The notes beneath the pieces were generated by a model. It saw only the letters and a list, made by a program, of their open reading frames with translations, was not told the DNA's origin and ran no database searches. Positions 25,480-37,080 of a stretch of DNA of 64,000 nt are shown in pieces. The first letter of the stretch is position 1. Every line of letters starts with the position of its first letter. This stretch comes from Phoronis australis (taxonomy: Eukaryota > Animalia > Phoronida), in contig NMRA01000240.1 of the NCBI GenBank assembly GCA_002633005.1, positions 480,690-544,689 of the forward strand, read 5' to 3'. Both the position numbers and the translations under genes were made by a program.

Positions 25480-26135
25480 ATCCGCTTACCGAATGAGAGG
25501 TTTCCAAATCCCGCCCCTCCTCTAATACCCGCCTCCCCACTGTCACCTACGAAATCCTCACCTCCCTCATCGACTCTATCTCTTCTTGCCTCCACATCCC
25601 GCCTTCAACATCGCCCTCTTTAAGGCCATGTTCCTCTATCCTCGCGCTCCACGCCTTCCTGCGCATCGGCGAATTTACGCTACCTTCCCTTTCCTCCGAT
25701 GCCTCACTCACCCTCCAACGCTCCTCAGCCTGAGTCCAATTTTTCTCCCCACCTCTTCAACCCCCCCTACATCATGTTACCATCTCCAATTTTAAACACC
25801 ACCATTTCACCCCCGTTACCCTTCACATTCCTTCCTCTCCCTCTCCCTGTTGTCCCGTTGCCCACCTCCGGACCTATCTGGCCTTATCCCCCCATTTTCC
25901 GGCCCCCTTTTTCGTCTTACCGACTCCTCACCAGTCACACGTTCCTTCTTCACCCAAACGCTCAACGCCGTCATAATCTCTTCCCGTCCCTTGACCCCTC
26001 CCTCAGTACACGTCTCACAGTTTCCGCATCGGCGCAGCCACCTCTGCTGCTGCTGCTCTCGGCATCCCGGAGCACGTCATCCAAAGCATGGGCCACTGGA
26101 AGTCTGACGCCGTCAAGGGTTACATCCGCATGTCA
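25480..26135 (+). mobile_element. Tyrosine recombinase relic (DIRS/Ngaro retroelement or Crypton)
   Basis: LHAFLRIGEFT (~25647-25679) and YTSHSFRIGAATSAAAALGIPEHVIQSMGHWKSDAVKGYIR (26007-26129), in frames not shown in the ORF track; very C-rich. Confidence 0.85.
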
Positions 26136-27149
26136 GTTTCCCCCCACCTCGTCCCTGATTTCCCCCTTCTTCTCTCGTCTCCCCCTTCGCTTCCCTTCCT
26201 CACGCCACCCTTTACCTCCCCTCCAGTGTCAGTATTGCTGGCACCTCCCACTCTGGTGTAGTATTGCCTGCGCCTCTTCCCTGCCTGGTCCGTCCCCNCC
26301 CCCCCCCCCCCCCACCACATCCCGGTGTCAGTATTGCCTGCACCTTTCCCATCCACACCGTCCCCTTCGTATCCGCACATTGTTAGTCTCATTTGTAGTT
26401 TATTTTGTATTTTTTATTTCTTCGGTTACCTTACTAGTCCGTATTTTCTACCTGTTAACTATATTGTTAGGCCTCTTGATATATTTTGTTATTCGGGACA
26501 TTTGTCGATCATAAAGTGACTTTGACCATAGGCCTATAACTCAAGCCCTGTAATGCCAACTCCCGCACGTTTCCTATGTTAATTTCTATTATTAGAGCTT
26601 GCAACCCCGCGACTAGCCGCGAGAGCTTGCATTGAGAATTTCTGGCTGCCTGCTCGACTGAGTTTTGACCAAGAGTTGGTAGTCATCCAATCAAACCCAA
26701 TTTCAATGTTTCATTTTCATTTGTTGTTATTGTTTATCAAGGGAGACTCTTGAAGTACTGCTTCATGCAATCAGCGTTTTCTCGGCAAAATCCAGTCAGT
26801 ACTTCGTGTTGCTGACAGCGTGCAGTGTATTTGCTAATTTCCCCGCTTTTTTAATTTTTCCGCCATCCCACCGCCGCACCATTCAAGTGTCCCGCTTTTT
26901 GACACACGGAAAAATTGACGAATATACTATTGTAATTTCCCACGAAATATAGCCATATCTTCCCGCTCGACCAAAAAGATCTTTCAAGGGTCTTTGCGGC
27001 ACCCTCAATTTCCCATTCAACTATAAAAAAACAACAGCAAAAAACGCTGTCGGTCATTTGTAGGTGTTGTATCGCCCGTTCGACAAAATAACGTTGTCTG
27101 TACGTCTTTGTGTGTTGTAGCGAACATTTCACCCTCATGTTTTGGCTTA

Positions 27150-28160
27150 GACCCAGATGTTCCGCTTTTTATCCTGAAGTCCTGCTTCTCAATCCAATTG
27201 TTCCGTTTTTTTTCGCTCTTAAGTAATGACCTTGACAACTGTTAACAGGTGTTCAAAATAACATTGTCTCTTTTATGAATATTGTTATTTTCCAGAGTCG
27301 TAAAAATGTATTCCAGTGTCTCTTGTTCACGGTAACATATACGGCATATATCAGGGTCACTAACTTTTACTTTCTGAAGACAAGAGTTTATTTCTAAACT
27401 TTTATGGAAAGTTCTCCACCGCAACTAATGTAATGAGCTATCCACAGTACAACTAGTGTGATGAGCTATTCACAGTACAACCACTGTGATGAACTATTCA
27501 CAGTACAACCACTGTGATGAGCTATCCACAGTACAACCACTGTGATGAGCTATTCACAGTACAACCACTGTGATGAGCTATTCACAGTACAACCACTGTG
27601 ATGAGCTATCCACAGTACAACCACTGTGATGAGCTATCCACAGTACAACCACTGTGATGAGCTATCCACAGTACAACCATGAGCTATCCACAGTACATTT
27701 CAAAGCTACGTGATTGATGTTTGCCCATTTTTATCTATCATGAAACCTTTATCTGCAAATTTGGGATAGATACTTGGAGTAGTTTATCGCATTTTTCGTA
27801 AATGCCGCTGCTTTCTGAATTTTTACTGAAGAATGTAATTATATCAAACGGCACACCAAAGGTTCATTTAATTATATTAAATAAAAATGTATAATTCCTG
27901 ACTAAATTATCCAAAGCAAATGCGAAGGAACCATATTCTAAAACCTTGTTTTTTATAGGGTAGAAATCTTTTGAATCATTGAAATTATTTCCCTTAGGGT
28001 TTTACTAGCCATCTATATAACCTCTGTGGTTCATTTCCTTTTTGTGTTAAATATTACACGCTGTTATTTTTCGCATTGTGGTAATGGTTTTTAGAATTAA
28101 AAAATGTTTTAAATCAGTCAGGTATGCGAATTGATAATTACTTATGAATTAAATTCTTTA
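27150..28160 (-). mobile_element. L1/Tx1-like LINE 3' relic (zf-RVT region)
   Basis: WRTFHKSLEINSCLQKVKVSDPDICRICYREQETLEYIF matches the CxxC-x7-ET-x2-H-like motif; boundaries approximate. Confidence 0.65.
27429..27696. repeat. 28-bp minisatellite x ~9.5 within the LINE relic
   Basis: TGTGATGAGCTATCCACAGTACAACCAC. Confidence 0.97.
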
Positions 28161-28710
28161 TCTCTTGCTTCTGGTATTATCATCGAGAACTGACAAAGGG
28201 AGTGATATGGCTCTACTCCGCAAAAGGGAGTGGGAATTAGCAGACCATGCACCCGCAGTAGGCGTCTCTCAACAATTTTGGGTACACGCCTGGGTGCACC
28301 TTGTCAATATGAGTGATCCCCGGGGGGGGGGGACTTTGGCGAAGAATTCCTTCTCCACATTTTTGGTCGCAGTTAACTTTTTCACCTGGTGCGATAACTA
28401 CAAAGTATTTCAATTGACGTCACGCGAGCTGGGCAAGAACAAGCTCGAGACTGATCGAAGCGTGGCTCGTAACACTTGCAAAAAGTAACCTGGGAAGACA
28501 TCCGCAGAGACCGTAGCTAGCGTTTTTGATATCAGGTGGAATTTGTAAACTTTGTGTCCCTTGGACTTATTGTGAATTCACGTAACTTCCTCAAAATGGC
28601 ACCTGGTGAACGGCGCCAGGTTTTCACTCAATGTGCATGTATGCATGTCTCCTTCAATGTTATTCGATGTATTTTGAGAAGAGTACCAACGCCCATGTAT
28701 CCATGTATAC

Positions 28711-28779
28711 CTGCAATTGCTCAATCGTTCTTCCCCCTGACGTGGTCAAGCCACCGGGTACTTGAAGCATCGCATACAT
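28711..28779 (-). CDS. Candidate first coding exon of DUF7802-like gene
   Basis: ATG at 28779, MYAMLQVPGGLTTSGGRTIEQLQ then CAG|GTATAC phase-0 donor, matching the phase-0 acceptor at 15992. No homology support, and the donor is mediocre. Confidence 0.35.
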
Positions 28780-28846
28780 ACTAGGTAGTTGGCTTGAGTT
28801 AGAACTTCATTGCGTGGCCGGCGCAGCACTGAAATAAGCAGGAGCA

Positions 28847-29081
28847 GTTGAGCTATAGCCCTACCGTTGAGCTATAGCCCTATCGTTGAGCTATAGCCCT
28901 ATCGTTGAGCTATAGCTCTACCGTTGAGCTATAGCCCTATCGTTGAGCTATAGCTCTGCCGTTGAGCTATAGCCCTACCATTGGGCTATAGCCCTATCGT
29001 TGAGCTATAGCCCTACCGTTGAGCTATAGCCCTATCGTTGAGCTATAGCCCTACCGTTGAGCTATAGCCCTACCGTTGAGC
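28847..29081. repeat. 19-bp minisatellite x ~12 with palindromic core
   Basis: GTTGAGCTATAGCCCTA(C/T)C; core GCTATAGC. Confidence 0.97.
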
Positions 29082-30099
29082 CAAATCCGAAACCGTCTGG
29101 ACGAATTGGCGATTTGTAATAAAACCTCAAAACAAATTGGATTTTGTTGTTTTATAGCTCTGATTAAACTTGATTAAATCAAGGAGTCTATCCATTTCAA
29201 CTATAATAACAAAACTGCGTGTTTCGGCCTTAAAACCGATAATCTTCTTTTTAGAATTGATCCCCAACAGATATGACATTGTCTCACGCCAGAGCGTAAA
29301 TACATTTCATTCACCGCAAGTGTACCACGTCAAATTACATACGAGAACCTGGGAACATGCTGAGCTGACGTTTTAACTTTTGATGGACCACTCGGCTGAA
29401 TGCTAATCTTCCCGCCGGAGAATTTGCGTAATCTGCTAATTTCCATACTAATATCTAGATCTTCTGTGGGTGAAACTTGTTCTAGACCAAGCTTAATCCT
29501 AGTAATCTCTGGTAACGTAATTCGCAAAAACGTTTTCATTTCAGTTCAGTACATTTTGTCAGTAGAATCTAACAATTAATTTCCCAGAACGAATAAAGCT
29601 GTCCGATTTGACTTTTAGACCCAGTAAAATTATTCATGGTGAAACGGTGGCATACTCTGGCCTTGTGTTCTTAGAACAGAATTATTTGTTGGATTTTTTT
29701 CACGTTTCGAACATTTCAGTCATGTGACAATGTTTTTATCGCGAAGCTGTGTTCAACTTTCTTCAGGAAATGTTATGTTTAGGGTAAAAAGTTCAATTAA
29801 ATTCAGGTCTGCAATGTTTACTCAAAAAATCGGTTCAGTGCGTATGCCACTTAGGAGTGGTAGTTTTCTTGGTGTGCTGGGAAATGCAACAAGTGATGTA
29901 GTGCGATAAAATATCAATTTTTTCTCGAACTCCACTTTTCCTAAATGCTGCCTGAAACGCCAACTTTTAACCACCTTTAAGTTTTTGGCGACTTAAGTTT
30001 AAGTTTGTTTCAAGTGTTGTTAGCGTAACCAGTGGTGATTCGGGAATTCACCCGAACGCGTGCATCATCAAAACGCGACTCAAATCGTGCTCCTCGCAC

Positions 30100-30338
30100 C
30101 CAACCCAAAAAATGGGGGCTCGAATTTTTGAGAATGTGGACCTTTCACTAAAAAACGAGATATGCTCATAGCTGTGAATTGTGCATTCATCGAATTTTGG
30201 TAGTTCCGGCCTTTTCAGTGGACTTTTGTCTCGTTTTCTACTTTTTAGGACTTTTTGTTTCTCTGAGGCGGACCTTTTTGCCCACTTCGCCAAATGGGGT
30301 CTCGAACGAGCCCCCACCCCTCCCCCTGGGTACGCATG
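30100..30338. mobile_element. MITE family A
   Basis: AGTGGACTTTTGTCTCGTTTTCTACTTTT...TTCGCCAAATGGGG...CCCTGGGTACGCATG shared with the other copies. Confidence 0.7.
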
Positions 30339-31806
30339 CAAATCATTATGAATGTTGGCATTTGGTGGTGACTGTCCGTGCAGCTAGTGTTATGATCATG
30401 AGTACTGTCAGAGTCCAGAACCTTGAGTTTAGGTAATTACCACATACCATAGTATATCAAAATCGTAATAACCAGTTGATACGGACGTTACTACCACCAC
30501 GTCCGGTCGGTCGTCCCACCTTGCGACTACAGAGGTTAGTGAGCTTGGCTCAGTCATTATTGCGTTGCAGTAATTTAAAAACCTCTGGCATGCTGGAGGG
30601 TAGTGCCAGTCCTAAACTTTGGGGAAGCTTCAGTTGGGTAGATTTCAAACTGACATGAGCCCTTTCACTGCAGTGTTAGGGGATGCCTGAATCCAGCACA
30701 GTCCTACGATTTAAAGAAATATTACGAGAAACACCACTGGCATTTCTTCATAGTACATGGAAATTTTTGTATACTACATTATTCACCGTTCAGTACCGAC
30801 CCTTTTTAAAGAAAAGTATTGAAACTGCTATATTAAGATTATTGTTTCGTTTGTTCATGATTTTTATATCAAAAAAGTTATTTAGAAAGAAGAAAGTATT
30901 AGACCATATGTACAACATATATTTTGTACAAACAGCTCCATGATTGTAGAGAGCACACAGCCAAGAAAAGCACATTGGATTTTTTGTAGGTTTGACTTAT
31001 TGTTAGACAGAAGTCTGGTAAATTTAAATTGGTTTGGTTCAAGCCTGTGCCACTAGAACACTGAACAACGACAAGTGTGAGAAGAGAATAAACTGGACAA
31101 GTGTTCTTCTTCGATGCATTTCGGCCCTTTGATCAGTGCAAATAGACGGAATTCGCTATCAATGCCAAAGTGCCGTTCGATCATGATGGTGTTTTCTATC
31201 AGTATCTTGCAAATTGGTTGTTTTCACTCGTGATGTGTTGATAAAACGCTATCCAGTGCTAGTTTTGACCCAGTTAAATCTCAAAGTGCATTATGGTTCA
31301 TTTTTCGTATACTTTGTATTGTACCAGATTCAGGTGTCATGTTGGTAGCAATTTGTCGCACATTTCATGCCACCAGCGTGCTCGTAAGTTATGCATGCGC
31401 GTAGGGCCACCAAATATAGGGCTACTGCCGTAGTAACAATTTAAAAAATCTGCGGTTTGTTTGAACAATACCAGTTGTTTTCAAATGCTGAAGAACAAGA
31501 TGTTATGAGAAACAGGACATAATTTATTTCAACACGTTTTTGGCTTCCTTCTACCCTCTACCCTTCTCCTCTCCCATCCAGTGGAGCCTGAATGTGGACG
31601 CTCCGACCTTTCTGTGGTGAGAAAGGAGCGTGCCAAGCAAACATGATTGTATCAGTGCAATATTTAGAAATTCATGGGAACGAACCCAATTTCATTATAA
31701 CACGTCTAGTCTGTGCATTGACCTGAAACGCCTTCAATAATGTTCCTTTTTAACGCTGTTGTTAGAATCTAAACTCGAAAACGCACATTTTCATAAGGAA
31801 TCTTAT

Positions 31807-32265
31807 ACCCCGTTTACACTGGAGCTCAGAAAGCTCAGGAACAACTTATTTGCTGTCAAAAACTTCTTTATGTTTCTTTATAAAAAACTAGCAAAGTGGC
31901 AGTAGCTGGATTATTTGGAAACGTTCGTTTATTGTTCATTGGAATTTTAGCATAGCGTATCAAAAAGTATGAAATTGGCCAAGAAAATCAAACCTGAATT
32001 CACGTGGGAAATCTTGGACTAATATGAATAAATACAGGAATGTATACCGCGCAAGTACTCACGTTCACTCCACCATTTGTGTCGAATCGATTGGATTGTG
32101 CGTTCGCACACTGCTAGGTATGTATTGGTTCGAAGCCACCTCCTCCAGTGGGTTCAGATTGAACCGATTTAAAATAAACCGCCTGCGTTTACACACGCTT
32201 CTTAAAGTGATTTGAGTCGTAAACCAAGTTCAAATCGACTTAAATCCCTGAATGTAAACGGGGGC
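31807..32265. mobile_element. Harbinger-like MITE
   Basis: TIRs CCCCGTTTACA / TGTAAACGGGG; internal AACCGATT/AATCGATT repeats. Confidence 0.65.
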
Positions 32266-32935
32266 ATTAAACTGTGAAAAATTCACCCACCTGAACGGCA
32301 CGCGTCGTGCGCATCTTCTTTGGTACGTCCGAGGTCAGGTGTTCCGAACTAAATGCGAAAAATGAAAAACTGAAAAGTTGCAAGGAGTGGTAGTCATGTG
32401 CGATTTTTCTTGTTGCATTTTCTAGGAGGGTCGATGACCCTTTTTCGGGATTAAAGAAACACAAGTGTAACAACAAGTAAAAGCAAAAAGGACGACACGA
32501 GATCAATCATTAAAGAAAATACATGTTTCATAAATTTCAACAAAGCGCAATCGAATGTACAATATTTATTGTAGCTACTGTTCCATTGATGACATTTACA
32601 AAATAATGACACAATTGTTCACCATGTTTCGTCCTGTTTCAGCGCACTAAAGAACTTACGTGAGCGTACGCTAACTGTTTATCAACTTTCCATAAATAGA
32701 ATATAAACAACAAAACAAAATAAATAAATATCAACCGACTCGCAATATCAAAAATACTAAAGCATTCTGATGTAGAAATGGCAGCAATCACAATAAACAA
32801 TGTCCGTTGCAAACATAAACCTAACATTTAAGAAACATTTCTACACAGATAAATTCACCGTGTGTTGTTATGGTAACTGGCTCTGAGATACTTGTAGACA
32901 AACTAATATCAATAATGCAGAATTTCCAATGTCGG

Positions 32936-33002
32936 CGTGACCAAGTCGACTAAAGATAACTGACCACGTGACCAAGTCGACTAAAGATAACTGACCACGT
33001 GA
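32936..33002. repeat. 31-bp tandem duplication
   Basis: CGTGACCAAGTCGACTAAAGATAACTGACCA x2. Confidence 0.9.
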
Positions 33003-34987
33003 TACAAAAACCGATCGTTGACCGTAGACTTAGCTTGAGAACGCAAGAAAAATACAATTACGCTCAACAGGAGGCAAGACACGACTGTTTATTCCTGTTG
33101 ATTTTCTTGTTAGTCAGGTACATGATATGAAAAAATAGTGTTGGAAACGTGAGGAGGCATATGAAGTAAGAATGACTCATACGATTGGTCATATTTCATT
33201 CGAGGTACAAGTAGTCATTAACCCATCAAGTGAATCGTATGGTCAAGCACAATTAACTTTTGCAAATGTGAGGGTACAGTACATTCACGTCTTCTCGGGT
33301 GCAGCCATGCCATTGCCGATAAACTTTCTCTTACCCATGGATGTTTTGAATTCACAGGTTTTCATGATAAATTTGCAGTTTTGGTTATAGGTCAAAATGA
33401 ATCACACATGAAATCCTGTGATTCGTGACTACCATTTGTTAAAGCAGCTGGCGCCCGTGACATTCACAGGTTCACTGAAACGGTGACCCTGTTTAACACC
33501 ACCCCATAGCCAGTGCAGCAACTCCAGGGTTGCATTCTGTAGACGCAAGGAACTTGCAAAAACGCAAGATCACTCAAGTCTTCGAGAGATATCGCTAAGC
33601 ATTGCAAGCGAAGCACGTGATTGTACTTGCTCCTGCGTTTATAGAATGCCGCCGTACCAAAGTTTATGAAGTTGATCGGCCGAGAGACTCCGCCTGGAAA
33701 CAAAGAATAGTGATTGATTTGGAAGGAGGCAGTGAATTCCGCGAAAAGCAGTTTCTATATTACCATAAATCATTTTAACTGCAAACAACGAACAAACCTT
33801 CCAGTTATAGCTGACACTGATAATCGCAATCTACTTCCGGGTTAGCACGAGACGGTAATTAGTTGCCATGTTCACCAGTTCTAGCACAAACAGCTACAGC
33901 ACAATTTGCAAATTTCAGCACCCTCAACATGCAGCATTTCCGAGATTGATTACGGAAGGATTGACTGACTGACTGTCTGCCTGCCCGTCTGTCTGTCTTT
34001 CTTTCTGTTTGCCGGAGTCTGTCTCTCTATTGGTCTGCTTGTCTGCCTGTTTGTGTGACTAACTGTCACAAATACACTGATAACTAGGATAATCCTAAGT
34101 GTCTCACCTCAAAGCAGTCATAAAAGTTTGAGATAGAACTTGAATCGACAAATTTCCTAAAACGTAGTTTCCACAGCTTTGATCCATGAAACAACATAAC
34201 CCCTGTAGATTAAAATGAATTTGATGACACTGAGATCAAAAACACAATGGTATTGATGACCACATGAAATAATGAAAAAATGTAAAATTCTGCTTCAGCA
34301 GGAGAGAAACGTGGTCGGCCTCAAGAGTTTCAAGAGATATTATCGGGCTGAATTTCTGATATCAGCCTCAGCCGAGTTAAAACTGCAGCGCTCGCGTCAA
34401 ATACTCTGCTAGTGGAGCTAAAGCCCACTCCATTAACGACAGAGTATTATAAGCGCATACAGTTGGTGAAGTCACAGGCCCTGCTTTCAGCAAATGTCTG
34501 GCAGACAACGGCGAGTATTGGCAATTTGTAATTTATAAAATCACAAAAGCTCAACGGTTTTTTAGTTTCATAGCTTTGATAAAAGCTAATAATTTCAAGA
34601 GGTGTATCTCAATCAACAATAACTCCAAAAATTGCGTTTTTCGGCCGCAAACCGACAACGAACCTTTAAGCATAAAAATAATGACTATCATCTGTTAGCC
34701 CTGCAACTGGCGACCACAGTGGATTGACAAAATTATTGCGAAATGTGTCAAATATGTGGTAAATACTAGCCCGAATATTTGAACCGTTTTTCAATAAAAA
34801 AAACTGTTTGTAGATAATAGAAACCGTGTCTGCCAGCTGGGGCACAGTTTATGGTAGGATTGCTGTATATTGATGTCGGGTGGCCGCCAGACTGTCAAAA
34901 TAAAGTTTAACTCGTGCGGACTCATAGTCACGCTTGGCAACCAGCGCTGTATCTCAAACACGCAGGTAGCAAGTTTCTTTATTTGAT

Positions 34988-35575
34988 TCACGACCAATCT
35001 TTCTTTGATACGCACTCGCAGCCAACTCGGACATGAACTTTAACAAACTGCCAACCAGTCCTTAAAACGGTTGGTAACTCTTTGTCATGGCAACCATCCA
35101 TATTCTGCTTCAGCACCTTGATAACGTAGGTTCTCGCTTTACACCTGTAATTGCCTCGCCAACACTTGGTTTGCTCGCAGATTTTTTCTTTAACGTACCT
35201 CGGGTAGTATTGATCTCCTAAATCAGTCCATTGTTGTTTACATTTACATTTCCATGACAGTCTACGACGGTGTTTTCGCCGTCGCCTGCCAGGATTGCGT
35301 CTACCTGACAAATGTCTTGAATTTTGGGCCTCCGTATCCCTTCGCTGCCTTATCGAAGACTCGTCTGTGCTCTCCGTTTCTGTTGATATATTTTGGTTGC
35401 GCGTTGCAGTAACATCGGGTAAAACATGCGCCATAGAGCTGATGTCGAACGCGCTACCCATAAGTTTTTTGAGATCACTCTCCTCCAGTTTTTGACATTC
35501 GTGCGTCATCTTGGGCCTCACCGGGGCACAAGTGACCTCACAGAAGATGATAAACAGGGTAATCACAACAAACGC
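34988..35575 (-). CDS. trk: Trunk/PTTH/noggin-like secreted cystine-knot protein, exon 2
   Basis: Acceptor tttgtcctttcAG (35576-35577). Pro-region CQKLEESDLKKLMGSAFDISSMA, polybasic sites RQRR and RRRRKHRRR, then WKCKCKQQWTDLGDQYYPRYVKEKICEQTKCWRGNYRCK...LPTVLRTGWQFVKVHVRVGCEC, matching the Trunk pattern W-C-x-W-x-DLG-x-Y-x-PRY...CW-x-G-x-Y-x-C. Confidence 0.88.
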   Translation of the reverse strand, partial: AFVVITLFIIFCEVTCAPVRPKMTHECQKLEESDLKKLMGSAFDISSMAHVLPDVTATRNQNISTETESTDESSIRQRRDTEAQNSRHLSGRRNPGRRRRKHRRRLSWKCKCKQQWTDLGDQYYPRYVKEKICEQTKCWRGNYRCKARTYVIKVLKQNMDGCHDKELPTVLRTGWQFVKVHVRVGCECVSKKDWS

Positions 35576-35698
35576 CTGAAAGGACAAACATTGCACAGAT
35601 TACTTATTACACTTTTATGATATGCCGCTAGTCACAATTAAAGCCGATGACTTTACAAAAGCATACACTGTTTAATCTAAACGGTGACGAATTTTTAC

Positions 35699-35728
35699 CT
35701 GGAAGCGTTTCAAAGTTAGCAAACACAT
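35699..35728 (-). CDS. trk: Trunk-like gene, exon 1 (start of signal peptide)
   Basis: ATG TGT TTG CTA ACT TTG AAA CGC TTC CAG|GTAAAA; 123-nt intron. Spliced N-terminus MCLLTLKRFQAFVVITLFIIFCEVTCA looks like a signal peptide; total 205 aa. Confidence 0.8.
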
Positions 35729-35856
35729 GAACACTATTAGGTCATGTCAAAATGAACCTTGGCTGCACCTGTCTGTCCGTTTCGCTACCCAGCGTGTTCG
35801 CTGCCTGTATGTCAGTGCGGCCACGCGACTCGCTATATCGGCTTACCAGCGAACGA

Positions 35857-35863
35857 TTTTATA
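35857..35863 (-). promoter_or_regulatory. Candidate TATA box of trunk-like gene
   Basis: TATAAAA on the minus strand ~130 nt upstream of the ATG at 35728. Confidence 0.4.
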
Positions 35864-36969
35864 CGACTTTCTCTTAAAAATAGCTACTCAAGTGCACGTT
35901 GATAGCTTCACACATATTTTTAAATAGCCGCCTGCTTAATTTAGACGTCTTGTTTAGATGGTACGCGGATTTGTAAATCTCGGGTCAATCAATAATTCGT
36001 TATTGTCATGTGTAAGAGGTTGTTTTAAACTATTAACAAGGGAAATGTCTTTGTCCACAATCACATTTGAGATCGACAAGTTTCACGCGCGGCTTCAGCT
36101 GCAAGATGAGAGGTTGTTACCATGGTTAATGGACAGTAACTGACTGACAACTAGTCATGGTTCTGCATTCTGTCAACAAAAACTTCTTTAGATATTTTGG
36201 TCGTAGGAAGCGGAACTTTTACTGTAACGAACGCTTAAAGTATACTGCCGTGACGGTGTCGTGATAACGAACTCCTTGTACGTTCATGCGTGTAATAATT
36301 AAACCGTGTCATAGGCGGGTCCAGGAGTATCAAGGGGGTCCGGACCTCTTTTCCCTTGATTTTAGTGACACCAAATCTAGAATTTTCAAGTTGTTGACTC
36401 GGACCCATTTTTATAAAACTTCTTGATCCGAATCTCCCTTTTAAAAAATGTTGGATCCGCCCCCTGCGTGTGTATGGTTGACCTGTGGCACAGTAAGTGA
36501 CAAAGTTTTCAAGTGATAAAAATACTTTTATTTCTTCTTGAACAGCATTTCCAGTGAATTTGTCTAATTTATTGTAAATCAGGAATGCGAAAGCAATCTA
36601 CGCGGGTGGCAGACCACGTGTTCTTTAGTCATTTGGCGAGCAGAAAGAAGTAAGACCGATACCGAGATGAGTATACGTTCGTTATTGAATTGTTGTAGGC
36701 TATTGCAGCAAACGCTCGTTTGATGTATTGACATGTTTTGAAGAAAACGAATAGTATTTTTAGAATGAGTGATGATATTGTAAAGAAAAACAAGAAGAAA
36801 GGCTAATTTGATTACTAGTTTGTCAAAGCAATAGAGCAGGTGGTCTGATACAGGTTGCCGCGGCATCAGAAGTATGCAGACCGTTCAGTCGAGCCCATTG
36901 CACCGAAAACCTGAAACCATTTTCATTTATTAATACACACACACGCGCGCGCGCGCACGCACACACACT

Positions 36970-37080
36970 AATACAAATTAAGACGGATTTGAGGAGCAAG
37001 AGATCTGTGTCTCGAGGGTTTAGCAGTGGATTCTAGCGGGATTCGAACCTAAGACCTTGTGGGCCCACTAGGCCACATTG
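36970..37080 (-). mobile_element. tRNA-derived SINE relic
   Basis: Minus-strand A-box TGGCCTAGTGG and B-box GGTTCGAATCC with shortened spacing and no cloverleaf; followed by a (TG/CG)n tail. Confidence 0.55.

Noticed and set aside
25699-26514. 271-aa Pro/Ser/Leu-rich ORF
   Set aside because: Off-frame read of the C-rich tyrosine-recombinase relic.
30660-31020. Possible LINE ORF2 3' fragment (minus)
   Set aside because: Too degenerate to support from motifs alone.
35576-35596. GTG start for the trunk-like ORF
   Set aside because: Lies inside an intron; the ATG exon at 35699-35728 splices in frame.
37020-37080. tRNA gene
   Set aside because: A and B boxes are too close, with no anticodon or acceptor stem; treated as a SINE head.
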